64,000 nt of DNA from Candidatus Nomurabacteria bacterium. Lineage in GTDB: Bacteria > Patescibacteriota > Minisyncoccia > Phycocordibacterales > UBA9973. Both the position numbers and the translations under genes were made by a program. A model generated the notes under the pieces. The model made no database searches. It had not been told where the DNA came from and worked only from the letters and a program-made list of their open reading frames with translations. The stretch covers positions 15,897-79,896 of the forward strand of contig JAPLXP010000011.1 in NCBI GenBank assembly GCA_026396015.1. The letters are read 5' to 3'. This document shows positions 27,216 to 37,304 of this stretch, one piece after another (the stretch's first letter is position 1; each line of letters begins with the position of its first letter).

Positions 27216-27245
27216 GCGCAGGATATTGTGATGGGTATCCTGCGC
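27216..27245. terminator. Intrinsic terminator-like hairpin
   Basis: GCGCAGGATAT...GTATCCTGCGC with A/T-rich flanks. Confidence 0.65.
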
Positions 27246-27302
27246 CTATTAATTTTAATTTATTATTGAGCTTGTGCTCCTTTGGATTCGCTCATTTTTA
27301 AT

Positions 27303-27776
27303 TCAACTAACAAAATCATCTTCACTATATTCAGTTGAAAATGGATATTTATTATTTAATATATCCTCTTTGTCTAGGTCTGAATTTAAGACTATCGTAT
27401 CTATAATCATACAAATTGTGCTTACTACGCTACTATCTTGTAAGTCAGCTTCTTTTTCAAATAAAAGATCATTGAACTTTAACATATTTTGTATTGTTGT
27501 AGAAACCTGAGTGTACCTAACTAACTCTAATACTGAAGAATGTTTTTGTTTAGCTTGCCTAGGATTACTGATGATTACAGGATCAAACACAACGATTACT
27601 TCTTCAATTTTTTGATCCAAGCCTTGTGATTCAATATGATCATTGCATATTTTTATTGAAATGATAATTTCATTTTGTTTACATACGGATAAATGTAAAG
27701 AAATAATTTTTACATTTTCGATGTTGAAGATTAACTCTAACCATTTACTGAGGTTTTGATTTTTTATGTTATTCAT
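27303..27776 (-). CDS. Hypothetical protein (AT-rich ORFan)
   Basis: 157-aa ORF with upstream TTGACG..TATAAT promoter on - strand. Confidence 0.6.
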   Translation of the reverse strand: MNNIKNQNLSKWLELIFNIENVKIISLHLSVCKQNEIIISIKICNDHIESQGLDQKIEEVIVVFDPVIISNPRQAKQKHSSVLELVRYTQVSTTIQNMLKFNDLLFEKEADLQDSSVVSTICMIIDTIVLNSDLDKEDILNNKYPFSTEYSEDDFVS

Positions 27777-27871
27777 TTTTTAAATAATTGATTTTGAGTA
27801 TTATAATACAAAATGCACCATTACGTCAATAGTATGGTGTATTAGGTGTAATATATTGAATTTTGTCTAGT

Positions 27872-29119
27872 CTAAGCGTTCTTACCTGCTACGTATCCAC
27901 TAGTCCAGCATAGCTGGAGTGAATATCCTCCTGAAGGTCTATTGATGTCGAGCAAGTCCCCTGTGACAAATAAATTTTTTATCATTTTTGAATTCATTGT
28001 CTTCATATCTATCTCGCGGAGATCTACGCCTCCATCAGCCACTACAGCGCGTTCAAAGCCCATCAGGCCCTCAATCTCCAATGGTAGAGCCTTTAGTGTA
28101 TCTATGATCTTTCTGCGATCCTCCTTGGATATACTGTGAACCTTGGTTTCGAAATCAATACCCTGAAATAGTGAATCGAGTGATTTATGAGTCCCATCTG
28201 GAACTATCAATTTAAAAATATTTCCAAAATTTTTATTTTTATTCCCATCAAATATTTTAAGTATTTTTTTATCAAGCATTGCTATGTCGTGGTCTGGGTA
28301 TAGATCAATCTTGGCAGTCACAATACCATCATATAACAGCTCTTGAACTTGTGCTGAAGAATTCAATATGAGTGGTCCTGATAAGCCAAAATGAGTAAAG
28401 AGTATCTTCCCTTTCTTTGCAAAAGATTTCTTGTCATCAAGGTAGAATGTAATCTTCATAAGGTCTACAGATATACCAGCGAGCTCTTTGACCCAATTGT
28501 CTGCTACGGCTAGAGGCACGATAGTCGGAGTCGGATCTTTTACTTTGTGGCCTAAATCTTTGAGGAAGTTGAATCCATCGCCAGTTGACCCTGTCTCTGG
28601 ATGAGACAGTCCACCAGTAGCGATGATATATGAATCTGCAAAATAATTGTCTTTAGTAGTTTCTATCTTTTTGATCTTGCTCTCTGTGTGGACGATATTG
28701 CGCACCTTTACACCTAATGCTAGGTCTACATTCAGCTTCTTGAGCTCTTTTTCTAATGTATTTGATACATCCACAGCCTTTTCTGACTTTGGAAATGCAC
28801 GCTTGCGAGCCTGTACTACTAGAGGTAGGCCCAGATCTTCAAAGAATTTGAATGTGTCATTCTTGTTGAATTGTGAAAATGGTGAATGAAGGAAGTCTTT
28901 TGCCTTACCATATTTTGATAGAAATATCTGCATATCATCCTCATTGTTTGTGATATTGCATCTACCACCACCAGAGATTTTCAATTTCTCTCCGAGTTTT
29001 TTGTTTTTCTCTATGATACAGACCTTGCGTCCTTGGCGTGCAGCTACAATAGCCGCCATCATCCCAGATGCGCCTCCACCGATTATCACTACATCAAATT
29101 TTTTGTCTTTTTGTATCAT
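27872..29119 (-). CDS. HI0933/BaiN-family flavoprotein
   Basis: IIGGGASG, KLKISGGGRCNITN, GSTGDG, LFTHFGLSGP, GGYSLQ. Confidence 0.92.
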   Translation of the reverse strand: MIQKDKKFDVVIIGGGASGMMAAIVAARQGRKVCIIEKNKKLGEKLKISGGGRCNITNNEDDMQIFLSKYGKAKDFLHSPFSQFNKNDTFKFFEDLGLPLVVQARKRAFPKSEKAVDVSNTLEKELKKLNVDLALGVKVRNIVHTESKIKKIETTKDNYFADSYIIATGGLSHPETGSTGDGFNFLKDLGHKVKDPTPTIVPLAVADNWVKELAGISVDLMKITFYLDDKKSFAKKGKILFTHFGLSGPLILNSSAQVQELLYDGIVTAKIDLYPDHDIAMLDKKILKIFDGNKNKNFGNIFKLIVPDGTHKSLDSLFQGIDFETKVHSISKEDRRKIIDTLKALPLEIEGLMGFERAVVADGGVDLREIDMKTMNSKMIKNLFVTGDLLDINRPSGGYSLQLCWTSGYVAGKNA

Positions 29120-29167
29120 TTGTAAGTATTATAATAATAACACATTTTTTATAAAATGTCCATAATA

Positions 29168-29201
29168 TTAAAAACCTCTTAATTTCTTAAGAGGTTTTTA
29201 A
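29168..29201 (-). terminator. Intrinsic terminator
   Basis: TTAAAAACCTCTTAA-TTTC-TTAAGAGGTTTTTAA. Confidence 0.75.
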
Positions 29202-29202
29202 T

Positions 29203-30585
29203 CTACCATCCAAAACTTTTTCCTACTTCTTCGGGTGTCTCACGCTTGCGAGCCATGACTACGTGACCATTCTCAACTATGATCTTAGCTGGAGATGAGA
29301 GCATACAGTGATGAGCGGCTAGTGGATCTTGGTATGCACCAGTATCAAATACTACGATGTACATAGGATCACCACCTGCACTACTATCATAATTTGGTAA
29401 TGTAACTGTACCATTTACTCCCGTATAGATATCATCTGAGTCACAAGAAGATCCTGCTAGCCATACATCTTCTAATTCATCGTCCCCTTTTGCATTTACT
29501 GGAGCGATTGACCACTTTTGACCTATTGCCCAAGTATCTAGAAGATCGTTCATAAAGCTACCATCGATCACATACCACTTCTTTGCACCTGCCTTTTTGT
29601 TGTTTATTGGCTTTGTATCAATAATCTTAAATACTGTGATCTGAGCTGGTGCTACTATGTAGCGTCCCCATTCACATACTAGATTTGGGTGTGGCATACC
29701 ACGCTTCTCGGCTTCATTCTTGAGTAACTGGAATACCTTTTCCATTAATTTATCAACAGGGTAGCTCTTTGTTCTTGTATAAGGTATTGGCATACCTCCA
29801 CCGATGTCCAGTGTATCTAGTGATGGATTCTTTTCCTTTAATTTAAAGTATATATCAAGAGCGTATTTGATTGGACCCAATACATCAGAAAGTTTCTCAA
29901 TTTGTGATCCAATATGATAGTGAACAATTTTCAAATTCTTGAATGATCCCATCTCTAGGATTTCTTTTGCAGAGAATCCAAAACGATCGATCGGCTTGTT
30001 CCAATATGAATCTGCTTTTACTGGCATATCTAGACGGATACCCACGTCATACTTTGAGTGCTGTAGGAATTTTAGTTCATTTGGACCTTCAATCAGTGGA
30101 AAAATCTTTACACCCTTGTGCTGTAGGTCGTCGATTAGGTTGATGTATTTGTCTGTCTTTGGTCCTGAACAAAGGATGCGGATATTCGGATTAAATTTTT
30201 CTTGCTCGAGCATCTTTTTAATCAAATAAAGATCATTGAAAGATGAAGTTTCTAGGTGGGCGCCTTCACCGACAATAGACATCACTATCTCTTTGTTCTG
30301 ATTTACCTTCATTGGATAATGGTAAAAGAATTTACCTTTGTATCCAGTCTTTTTTGCTAGCGCTTCATTCATATCTAGGAAATCTTCAAGTCTCTCCTCA
30401 ACAACAAAAGGCATCAATATTTCTAATGATGTGCCAAATTTTTCTGCCATGTATTTTACGTTATATATATTGTGTCCTTCTTTTATAATCAGATCACCGT
30501 CTTTATTGAAATCAAAATATTGAGTGTTCCACTCTTTCATCCCAAGCTTCCAGAGTTTTCTCGAAGCGGATATGTTTTTATTCAT
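29203..30585 (-). CDS. Fold-type III PLP decarboxylase, arginine decarboxylase (SpeA)-like, compact
   Basis: YPMKVNQ, HYHIGSQI, LDIGGG, EWGRY, CDSDD, TGAYQ. Confidence 0.8.
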   Translation of the reverse strand: MNKNISASRKLWKLGMKEWNTQYFDFNKDGDLIIKEGHNIYNVKYMAEKFGTSLEILMPFVVEERLEDFLDMNEALAKKTGYKGKFFYHYPMKVNQNKEIVMSIVGEGAHLETSSFNDLYLIKKMLEQEKFNPNIRILCSGPKTDKYINLIDDLQHKGVKIFPLIEGPNELKFLQHSKYDVGIRLDMPVKADSYWNKPIDRFGFSAKEILEMGSFKNLKIVHYHIGSQIEKLSDVLGPIKYALDIYFKLKEKNPSLDTLDIGGGMPIPYTRTKSYPVDKLMEKVFQLLKNEAEKRGMPHPNLVCEWGRYIVAPAQITVFKIIDTKPINNKKAGAKKWYVIDGSFMNDLLDTWAIGQKWSIAPVNAKGDDELEDVWLAGSSCDSDDIYTGVNGTVTLPNYDSSAGGDPMYIVVFDTGAYQDPLAAHHCMLSSPAKIIVENGHVVMARKRETPEEVGKSFGW

Positions 30586-30770
30586 CTCTTTATAGCAAAC
30601 GCGATTTTTACTCCGCCTGCAATAAATAATAATACCTACTATTATACAGGATTTTTACGGAATGTAAATAGTCTAGCCTTATAAGTCCTTAAAAGTATTG
30701 ACATATATTGAAATTTTTGTACAATTGAACTTAATTTTTAATTTGTTCCATCTTTAAATAAAAGCTTAAA

Positions 30771-31049
30771 ATGAGTAAAGAAACAGTAGACCCAGGAAGT
30801 ATTGGGATTAGAGAGCTTGGAAAAAAATTCCAAGCAATTATCGAAAGTTTTCAAAATGGTGATTTTGAAAAAATTAATTGTCCAACGCCCTCGAACAACA
30901 AGGGGCACGAGGAGATGATCTTCTTTACGTTCATTAAACCAAATGAATTTTTTTATATAAACAATTTAACTGGATCAATCACAGCACATAATTGGGTACT
31001 GGATGAAATCGCAGCTCTATTGGAAAATAAAAAACAAAAAGCAAACTAA
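30771..31049 (+). CDS. Hypothetical protein
   Basis: 92-aa ORF with upstream TTGACA promoter and downstream terminator. Confidence 0.55.
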   Translation: MSKETVDPGSIGIRELGKKFQAIIESFQNGDFEKINCPTPSNNKGHEEMIFFTFIKPNEFFYINNLTGSITAHNWVLDEIAALLENKKQKAN

Positions 31050-31050
31050 T

Positions 31051-31088
31051 AAAAAGCACTTTGTATAATAGATACAAAGTGCTTTTTT
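31051..31088. terminator. Bidirectional terminator
   Basis: AAAAAGCACTTTGTAT/ATACAAAGTGCTTTTT between convergent genes. Confidence 0.8.
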
Positions 31089-32189
31089 CTATATCCCCTC
31101 TTGCTTTAGTATTTCAAGTGCATCGCGTGATTTTTTAGAAAGCTTGGTTGGCATCTTGATCTGAATGCGGATGATGATATCTCCACGCTTTGATCCAGAT
31201 GGTACGCCCTTGCCCTTTACCCTCAAAAATTCTCCATGATTTATCCCCTCTGGAATTTTTATTTCAAGTGATCCATCGAGAGTCTCGAGATCGTAGTTCA
31301 TACCTAGTAGTGCATCTGAGAGCTTGATATGTACATCAGTCATCAGATTCGCACCTTCACGGCGATACGTCTTGTGAGGCCGTATATTGATGCGGATATA
31401 TAGATCTCCAGACGGAGCACCTTTGATCGCTTCACCGCGACCTGTCATACGGATAGTCTCGCCATTGTTTAGTCCTGCTGGGATTGCCACCTTGATCTCT
31501 TCTTGTTTATTGTGTACACCTTTGCCATGACATTCACTGCATTTTTCATGAGGTATTTTTCCTGCACCTGTACATGAATCACATTGCTTGATACTAGAAA
31601 ATGATCCGAGGATAGAGCGCTTCATCTCTCTGATCTGGCCCTGGCCATTACAAGTCTTGCATTCGTCCATCTTTGTGCCAGGTTTTGCACCACTACCACT
31701 ACATACCTCACAAGCTGACTGCTTTGTGAGTAAAATTGACTTTGTAGTACCAAAAACAGCCTCGGTAAAGTCCAAGTCTATTTCTGTAGAAATATCGCGT
31801 CCACGGCGACTATGGGCCCCTCTGCGGCCCATCCCACCACTGAACATATCTCCAAAAATATCTCCTAAATCTCCCATGTCGAATTCCATACCACCTTGCC
31901 CTTGGTTGAAGCCAGAAAAGTCAAAACCACCGAAGCCTTGACCCCCTCCAAAACCACCCTGACCACCAGCAAAACCAGCAGGTCCGTCAGATCCAAACCT
32001 GTCGTACTGAGCACGCTTTTGATCGTGAGAAAGAGTCTGATAAGCCTCATTCACTTCTTTGAATTTTGTATCGTCACCCTTGTTTTTATCTGGATGGTAT
32101 TTATGCGCCATCTTATGAAAGGCCTTCTTGATCTCATCCTTTGAAGCGCTCTTATCTATTCCTAATGTTTCGTAGTAATCTTTTGCCAT
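31089..32189 (-). CDS. dnaJ: Chaperone DnaJ
   Basis: J domain with HPD, G/F-rich region, four CxxCxGxG repeats. Confidence 0.98.
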   Translation of the reverse strand: MAKDYYETLGIDKSASKDEIKKAFHKMAHKYHPDKNKGDDTKFKEVNEAYQTLSHDQKRAQYDRFGSDGPAGFAGGQGGFGGGQGFGGFDFSGFNQGQGGMEFDMGDLGDIFGDMFSGGMGRRGAHSRRGRDISTEIDLDFTEAVFGTTKSILLTKQSACEVCSGSGAKPGTKMDECKTCNGQGQIREMKRSILGSFSSIKQCDSCTGAGKIPHEKCSECHGKGVHNKQEEIKVAIPAGLNNGETIRMTGRGEAIKGAPSGDLYIRINIRPHKTYRREGANLMTDVHIKLSDALLGMNYDLETLDGSLEIKIPEGINHGEFLRVKGKGVPSGSKRGDIIIRIQIKMPTKLSKKSRDALEILKQEGI

Positions 32190-32226
32190 AATATTTTTTA
32201 ATTATACAGATACTAATTAGTAAGTC

Positions 32227-32258
32227 AAAAATTCCTGAAATTTATTTCAGGAATTTTT
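32227..32258 (-). terminator. Terminator after dnaK
   Basis: AAAAATTCCTGAAA/TTTCAGGAATTTTT inverted repeat. Confidence 0.7.
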
Positions 32259-32265
32259 ATAAAGA

Positions 32266-34155
32266 CTATTTATTCTCTGGGTTCTCGTTTACTTCTGCAT
32301 CCTTGATCTCTTCTGCTTGAGGTTCTGCTGTTGTTCCTGTCTCAGGAGCGGCACCAGCCTTACTCATAGCTTCGCCAATCTTGGACATCTCGCTAGATAG
32401 AGCCTCTGTAGCATTCTTAATTGCATCAAGATCACTACCCTCTTTTGTAGCACGGAGAGCAGATATTGCAGATTCTACACCAGCCTTGAGTTCTGGTGTC
32501 ACTTTGTCACCATAATCTTTTATAGATTTCTCGGCAGTAAAGATTGTCATTTCTGCAGTATTTTTCGCATCAACAATTTCCTTTTTCTTTGCATCCTCCT
32601 CGGCATGAGTCTCGGCATCAGCCTGCATCTTTTTGATATCTGCATCAGATAGACCTGAAGAGGCTTCTATGCGAATTGATGTTTCTTTTCCTGAAGCTTT
32701 GTCTTTTGCTTTTACATTCAGAATTCCGTTCGCATCGACATCAAATGTCACTTCGATCTGTGGCATACCGCGTGGAGCTGGTGGAATATCTCCAAGGATG
32801 AATCGTCCTAATGATTTGTTGTCACTAGCCATTGATCGCTCTCCCTGAGTGATGTGTATTTCTACACTTGTCTGATTGTCGGCAGCGGTTGAGAATACTT
32901 GAGATTTTGAAGATGGGATTGTAGTATTGCGTTCTACTAATTTTGTAGCGATTCCTCCTAGTGTCTCGATACCCAGTGATAGTGGAATAACATCGAGGAG
33001 TAGGACATCCTTTACATCACCTTGGAGTACTCCAGCCTGGACTGCAGCACCTAGGGCCACTACCTCGTCTGGGTTGATACTGCGATTTGGCTCTTTATTG
33101 AAGAGTGCCTTTACAGCCTCTACTATCGCTGGCATTCTTGTCTGACCTCCTACCATGATGATCTCATTGATCTCACTCATTTTGAATGGTGAAGCCTCCA
33201 TAGCACGCTTTGTGATCTCGATAGAACGCTTTATATATTCATCAGCGATAGATTCGAGCATGGCACGAGTCATCTTTTCTACTAGGTGCTCTGGGCCATT
33301 CGCACCACTTGTGATGAATGGGATATTGATCTCTGTCTCTGGAGTTGTGGAAAGTTCAATCTTTGCTTTTTCAGCTGCCTCGTCGAGACGCTGTAGAGCA
33401 AGAGGGTCTTTTGATATATCGATACCTGTGCGAGATTTGAATCCATCTGCTAGCCAGTTGATGATCTTTTGATCGATATCACGTCCTCCCATGTGACTAT
33501 CTCCATCTGTAGATTTTACTTCGATAACATCGTTTGAAACTTCGAGAACTGACACGTCGAATGTACCACCTCCAAAGTCGTAAACAACAATCTTTTCATC
33601 TTTCTTTGTGTTGAATCCGTATGCTAGAGCTGCTGCTGTAGGCTCGTTGATGATACGCATCACCTCGAGTCCTGCGATAGCACCTGCATCCTTTGTAGCC
33701 TTTCTCTGAGCATCGTTGAAGTATGCAGGCACTGTGATGATAGCTTGAGTTATTTTTTCTCCGAGCTTTGCCTCTACATCGGCCTTGATCTTTGAAAGGA
33801 TCATCGCTGATACTTCTTCTGGGCGCTTCATCTCACCACCTATGCCTACCTCTACTCCACCATCTTTACCATTTTGAATCTTGAATGAAGCAGTTTTTTG
33901 TGTCTTCTGTATTTCAGGATCAGCAAAATTGTGACCCATGAATCGCTTGATACCGTAGATTGTATTTGTAGGATTTGTCACAGCCTGACGCTTTGCTAGA
34001 AGTCCGACAAGACGATCGCCATTTTTGGCAATCGCTACGATAGAAGGAGTCGTACGAGCACCCTCGATATTTTCTATTATTTTTGGCTGACCACCTTCGA
34101 TGATAGCCACTGCACTATTTGTTGTACCCAAGTCTATACCTATGATTTTTGACAT
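32266..34155 (-). CDS. dnaK: Chaperone DnaK
   Basis: [29 protein letters not shown]. Confidence 0.99.
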   Translation of the reverse strand: MSKIIGIDLGTTNSAVAIIEGGQPKIIENIEGARTTPSIVAIAKNGDRLVGLLAKRQAVTNPTNTIYGIKRFMGHNFADPEIQKTQKTASFKIQNGKDGGVEVGIGGEMKRPEEVSAMILSKIKADVEAKLGEKITQAIITVPAYFNDAQRKATKDAGAIAGLEVMRIINEPTAAALAYGFNTKKDEKIVVYDFGGGTFDVSVLEVSNDVIEVKSTDGDSHMGGRDIDQKIINWLADGFKSRTGIDISKDPLALQRLDEAAEKAKIELSTTPETEINIPFITSGANGPEHLVEKMTRAMLESIADEYIKRSIEITKRAMEASPFKMSEINEIIMVGGQTRMPAIVEAVKALFNKEPNRSINPDEVVALGAAVQAGVLQGDVKDVLLLDVIPLSLGIETLGGIATKLVERNTTIPSSKSQVFSTAADNQTSVEIHITQGERSMASDNKSLGRFILGDIPPAPRGMPQIEVTFDVDANGILNVKAKDKASGKETSIRIEASSGLSDADIKKMQADAETHAEEDAKKKEIVDAKNTAEMTIFTAEKSIKDYGDKVTPELKAGVESAISALRATKEGSDLDAIKNATEALSSEMSKIGEAMSKAGAAPETGTTAEPQAEEIKDAEVNENPENK

Positions 34156-34169
34156 ATATGTTTATTTGA

Positions 34170-34730
34170 TTAACTTTTAATGCTTGCAATAATATTTGTC
34201 CGATTTTGATCTATATAATGTTTAAATAAAGGAAATTTTTCAGAAATCTCATAATATACACCAGATGAGTTACCAGATTTCCAAAAATTTTTAATTATTT
34301 TTTCATTAGTCCAATGAAGTAAAACAAAATCATCCAAATTATTTCTTCCTTTTATTATTAAATTACCTATTTCTTTTTCATCTAATTGGTTAAATTTTTT
34401 TATAAATTCTGAATGCTCTTTAAATCCTTCTTCAAATTTTAAAAGTCCTGATTTTATTTTATTGTTTATCTCTATTTTATTGTAGTAAAAGTAAAGATTA
34501 GGGATTAATTTAGAAATATAACTTGATACACTACCTAGTCCAGTAATATTATCAATATCACCTGAATCATTAAATTTAAAATCATATTTTATTTTAAATC
34601 CTGATTCTTTTTCTTTATCTACAACACTGTTAATAGTTGCTTCTATGTCATTTAATAATTTATTATTTAAATAATCAAAATCTTTTAGTAATTCTATTTC
34701 TGTAAATAAATTTGTGTCTAATTTTCTCAT
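34170..34730 (-). CDS. Hypothetical protein (very AT-rich)
   Basis: 186-aa ORF in very AT-rich DNA, closely abutting neighbours. Confidence 0.6.
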   Translation of the reverse strand: MRKLDTNLFTEIELLKDFDYLNNKLLNDIEATINSVVDKEKESGFKIKYDFKFNDSGDIDNITGLGSVSSYISKLIPNLYFYYNKIEINNKIKSGLLKFEEGFKEHSEFIKKFNQLDEKEIGNLIIKGRNNLDDFVLLHWTNEKIIKNFWKSGNSSGVYYEISEKFPLFKHYIDQNRTNIIASIKS

Positions 34731-34733
34731 ATA

Positions 34734-35162
34734 TTAATTTATTTCATTAATTTTTAATAATTTTCTAATTTTTAAAATCTCTTCTCTTCTTGTTTTGGCA
34801 TCACATATATACCAAGATAAACTTACAAGTAAACATAAATTATCTGCGGCCTTTCTAATATTTTTTGATTTAATATTTTTGAATACTAATCTTTTGTAAT
34901 CTGTTTCTAGGTCGCATGACAATGCTCTAATTTTATTTTCAATTTCCTCTGATATCTCTTTGGGAATTTTTTCTATGTCATTAAGTATTACTGATAAGTA
35001 AAAATTTAACTGATGGTCAATTTTAGATACAGTGTCTTTGTATTTTTGTCTTGGTTTTAATATGTAATCTTGAAATATTTGACTCAAAACAAATACTAAT
35101 ACTCCAGCAATTACAGTTTGAAAAACAGTACTTTGTATTAAAATTAATAAAAAATTAAACAT
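34734..35162 (-). CDS. Hypothetical membrane-anchored protein (very AT-rich)
   Basis: 142 aa; N-terminal TM segment then helical domain. Confidence 0.6.
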   Translation of the reverse strand: MFNFLLILIQSTVFQTVIAGVLVFVLSQIFQDYILKPRQKYKDTVSKIDHQLNFYLSVILNDIEKIPKEISEEIENKIRALSCDLETDYKRLVFKNIKSKNIRKAADNLCLLVSLSWYICDAKTRREEILKIRKLLKINEIN

Positions 35163-35258
35163 ATATTACATAATATACCCAATTTATATTTTTGACAAGT
35201 ATTTAGTGACCACTAAAACTATGTTGATATTATATTCAGCTATGCTATAATGTCAAGC

Positions 35259-35876
35259 ATGGAAAATAAGCCTAAAAAACAAGATTTTTCAAAGAAAATC
35301 ATTAAAATATTGTCTGGAAAGAGCGCTGTGGCGGTGGATGATTTAGTAAATATGGTATCGCATTCATCCCCTCCTTTCGGAGGAGGGGTGGCTGAAATCC
35401 GGGGTGGTGATCCAATTCGAATCACCACCCCCAACCCCCTCCTCAACAAGGAGGGGGCGAAAAATGCATACGCCCTTACTCGCTCTATAAAGGGATTAGA
35501 GGACTCAGGGCTCATAGAGCAGGTGTCTTCAGGGCAATCTAAATACGCTCGCCTGACCAAGGAAGGCAAGAAAAAGGCGCATAGCCTGAAGCTCGATGGA
35601 GATGGGGCTATTATTGATACGTCTTGGGACGGATACTGGAGGATGATCATTCTCGATATTCCTGAGGATAGAAAGAGTGAGCGTGAAGCACTACGATACC
35701 TACTAAAAAAAGCAGGATTCATTTGTGTAAAGAATTCAGTATGGATATCTATACTCCCATTTGAAAACTTGTTCATGAATATTAAAAAGGATTTAGGCTT
35801 GACCACAGAGATGATGATCGTAGTCACTGATCGCATAGACGAGGATACAGAAAAAGAGTTTTTGAAGTTGATTTAA
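35259..35876 (+). CDS. PaaX-like wHTH regulator with Cas2-like C-terminal fold; carries an in-frame repeat insertion
   Basis: ARLTKEG, WDGYWRMIILDIPE..R..LR..L...GF...NSVW; start at 35259 chosen because TGnTATAAT lies 7 nt upstream. Confidence 0.8.
   Translation: MENKPKKQDFSKKIIKILSGKSAVAVDDLVNMVSHSSPPFGGGVAEIRGGDPIRITTPNPLLNKEGAKNAYALTRSIKGLEDSGLIEQVSSGQSKYARLTKEGKKKAHSLKLDGDGAIIDTSWDGYWRMIILDIPEDRKSEREALRYLLKKAGFICVKNSVWISILPFENLFMNIKKDLGLTTEMMIVVTDRIDEDTEKEFLKLI
35368..35457. repeat. Composite GC-rich palindromic element (two inverted units) inside the PaaX-like gene
   Basis: CCCCTCCT/AGGAGGGG, GGGGTGGTGAT/ATCACCACCCC and CCCCCTCCT/AGGAGGGGG stems. Confidence 0.85.
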
Positions 35877-35937
35877 GACTTGTTTGACATATATTCTAAA
35901 TACGTTATAATAAGAAAAAATTAAAAAGGAGGAAAAT

Positions 35938-36501
35938 ATGTCGCACCTTAAAATGGAAGTTATAGTTTGTATTGCATTAGCTCGTTTCTTTTGTTTAAAA
36001 AATAATAAAAAACCTGATCCATATAAAAATGCCGTTGAAGAAGTGCGATTGGAATATTTTCCTGAGTACGATCAACATGAATTTTTAGGAGATATTACGA
36101 AAGTAAAAAATCGTATTAAAAAAGATGGGACCATGGCTCTTATTTTAGCTAAAATAAGAGAGGGTAAGAAATATTCTGAAATATCCGATTTACTTGATAA
36201 TAAAAATCAGGAAGAAATGGACTTTCATAAAAATTCTTATTCTAAATATAATTTTGAAAGCGGAATAGCTCTGTATCACTATCTTAGTGCTGGCGCTGTA
36301 CCAGATTGTGCTCATGACACCATTACTCCATATGAGGCCAGCTTGCTTGGTGTAGATCCAGATCCTAAGGAAGTGTTCTTAAAACAAATACAAGAAGAGC
36401 CAATCTTTATGGTGACTGCTAAAAAAATAAGAAGAAAAATAAAAGAAAAATTGCAATTACATTTTGATTTCTACGATAACCCTGATGTTGTTATGGGTTA
36501 A
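35938..36501 (+). CDS. Hypothetical protein (ORFan)
   Basis: 187 aa; upstream TTGACA..TATAAT and an AGGAGG, which is rare in this window. Confidence 0.65.
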   Translation: MSHLKMEVIVCIALARFFCLKNNKKPDPYKNAVEEVRLEYFPEYDQHEFLGDITKVKNRIKKDGTMALILAKIREGKKYSEISDLLDNKNQEEMDFHKNSYSKYNFESGIALYHYLSAGAVPDCAHDTITPYEASLLGVDPDPKEVFLKQIQEEPIFMVTAKKIRRKIKEKLQLHFDFYDNPDVVMG

Positions 36502-36504
36502 AAC

Positions 36505-36536
36505 AAAAAAGCCGCACTATAATGTGTGGCTTTTTT
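36505..36536. terminator. Bidirectional terminator
   Basis: AAAAAAGCCGCAC...GTGTGGCTTTTTT. Confidence 0.7.
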
Positions 36537-36544
36537 ATTTGTCT

Positions 36545-37123
36545 TTATTTAAATGCGTAGACTTTTACACGAGCTGGGCGGATGACTTTATCCCCCATCT
36601 TGTATCCAGATTGGATTACCATAGCTACTGTATGATCTTTACTTTCTTCGTCTGTATCAATATTCTCTATGGCTTCATGTGTATTGTGGTCAAAAGCTAC
36701 TCCTACACTATCAATCTTTGTAATATTATATGATTCTAGTGTTTTACCGAATTGCTGATGGATGTATTCCATACCATTTCTCCAGTTTGCATCCACCTTT
36801 TCCCATGCCTCCTTGTTTGATAGTGCCATATCAAAGGCATCCAATGCTGGGAGCAGATCCTCTACTAGTCCTGCAGTGATGAATCCACGAAGGTCTTTAA
36901 TCTTGGTATCCATGTCTTTTTGGGCATTGGCATAGTCAGCCTTGGATCTTTGCCATCCAGTCAAATACTCTTCTTTTTCTTTTCTAAGGGTTTTTATTTC
37001 TTCGCGAAGTTTTTTTACTATATCCTTTGTTGGCAGCTCATCACCATCCTCAGTACTGTCTACAAAAGTCACATCATCAACTTCTTCAATATTTTCTTGT
37101 TTTATTTCATCTTCATTTTTCAT
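36545..37123 (-). CDS. grpE: Nucleotide exchange factor GrpE
   Basis: RSKADYAN, LLPALDAF, FDHNTHEA, QSGY..VIRPARV. Confidence 0.96.
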   Translation of the reverse strand: MKNEDEIKQENIEEVDDVTFVDSTEDGDELPTKDIVKKLREEIKTLRKEKEEYLTGWQRSKADYANAQKDMDTKIKDLRGFITAGLVEDLLPALDAFDMALSNKEAWEKVDANWRNGMEYIHQQFGKTLESYNITKIDSVGVAFDHNTHEAIENIDTDEESKDHTVAMVIQSGYKMGDKVIRPARVKVYAFK

Positions 37124-37278
37124 AGCGAGTTTATTATATCAAATAATTTTATATATTCAACAAAAAAATCCCCGAAGGGATTCTTTTGTTTGCGATTAAC
37201 GCTTACGTCACAAGTATTTTTCTGTTGAAAAATCTCGCGACCCCGCCTCGTGCCGACACACTCCGGCCGTCAAAACTA

Positions 37279-37303
37279 AAAAAGCCGCTTTACGCGGCTT
37301 TTT
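37279..37303 (-). terminator. Terminator after rpsI
   Basis: AAAAAGCCGC-TTTAC-GCGGCTTTTT. Confidence 0.8.
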
Positions 37304-37304
37304 C

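Noticed and set aside
26997-27300. tRNA or tmRNA as the integration site
   Set aside because: No cloverleaf or T-loop GTTCGA motif found; the dif-like palindrome explains the junction better.
35240-35836. 198-aa antisense ORF over the PaaX-like gene, and other shadow ORFs such as 11719-12201 and 54530-55060
   Set aside because: They lie opposite well-supported genes and show no recognisable motifs.
24605-35876. CRISPR-Cas, suggested by a Cas4-like nuclease and a Cas2-like fold
   Set aside because: No repeat-spacer array or cas1 seen; the genes are 10 kb apart and fit a stand-alone PD-(D/E)XK nuclease and a PaaX-like regulator.
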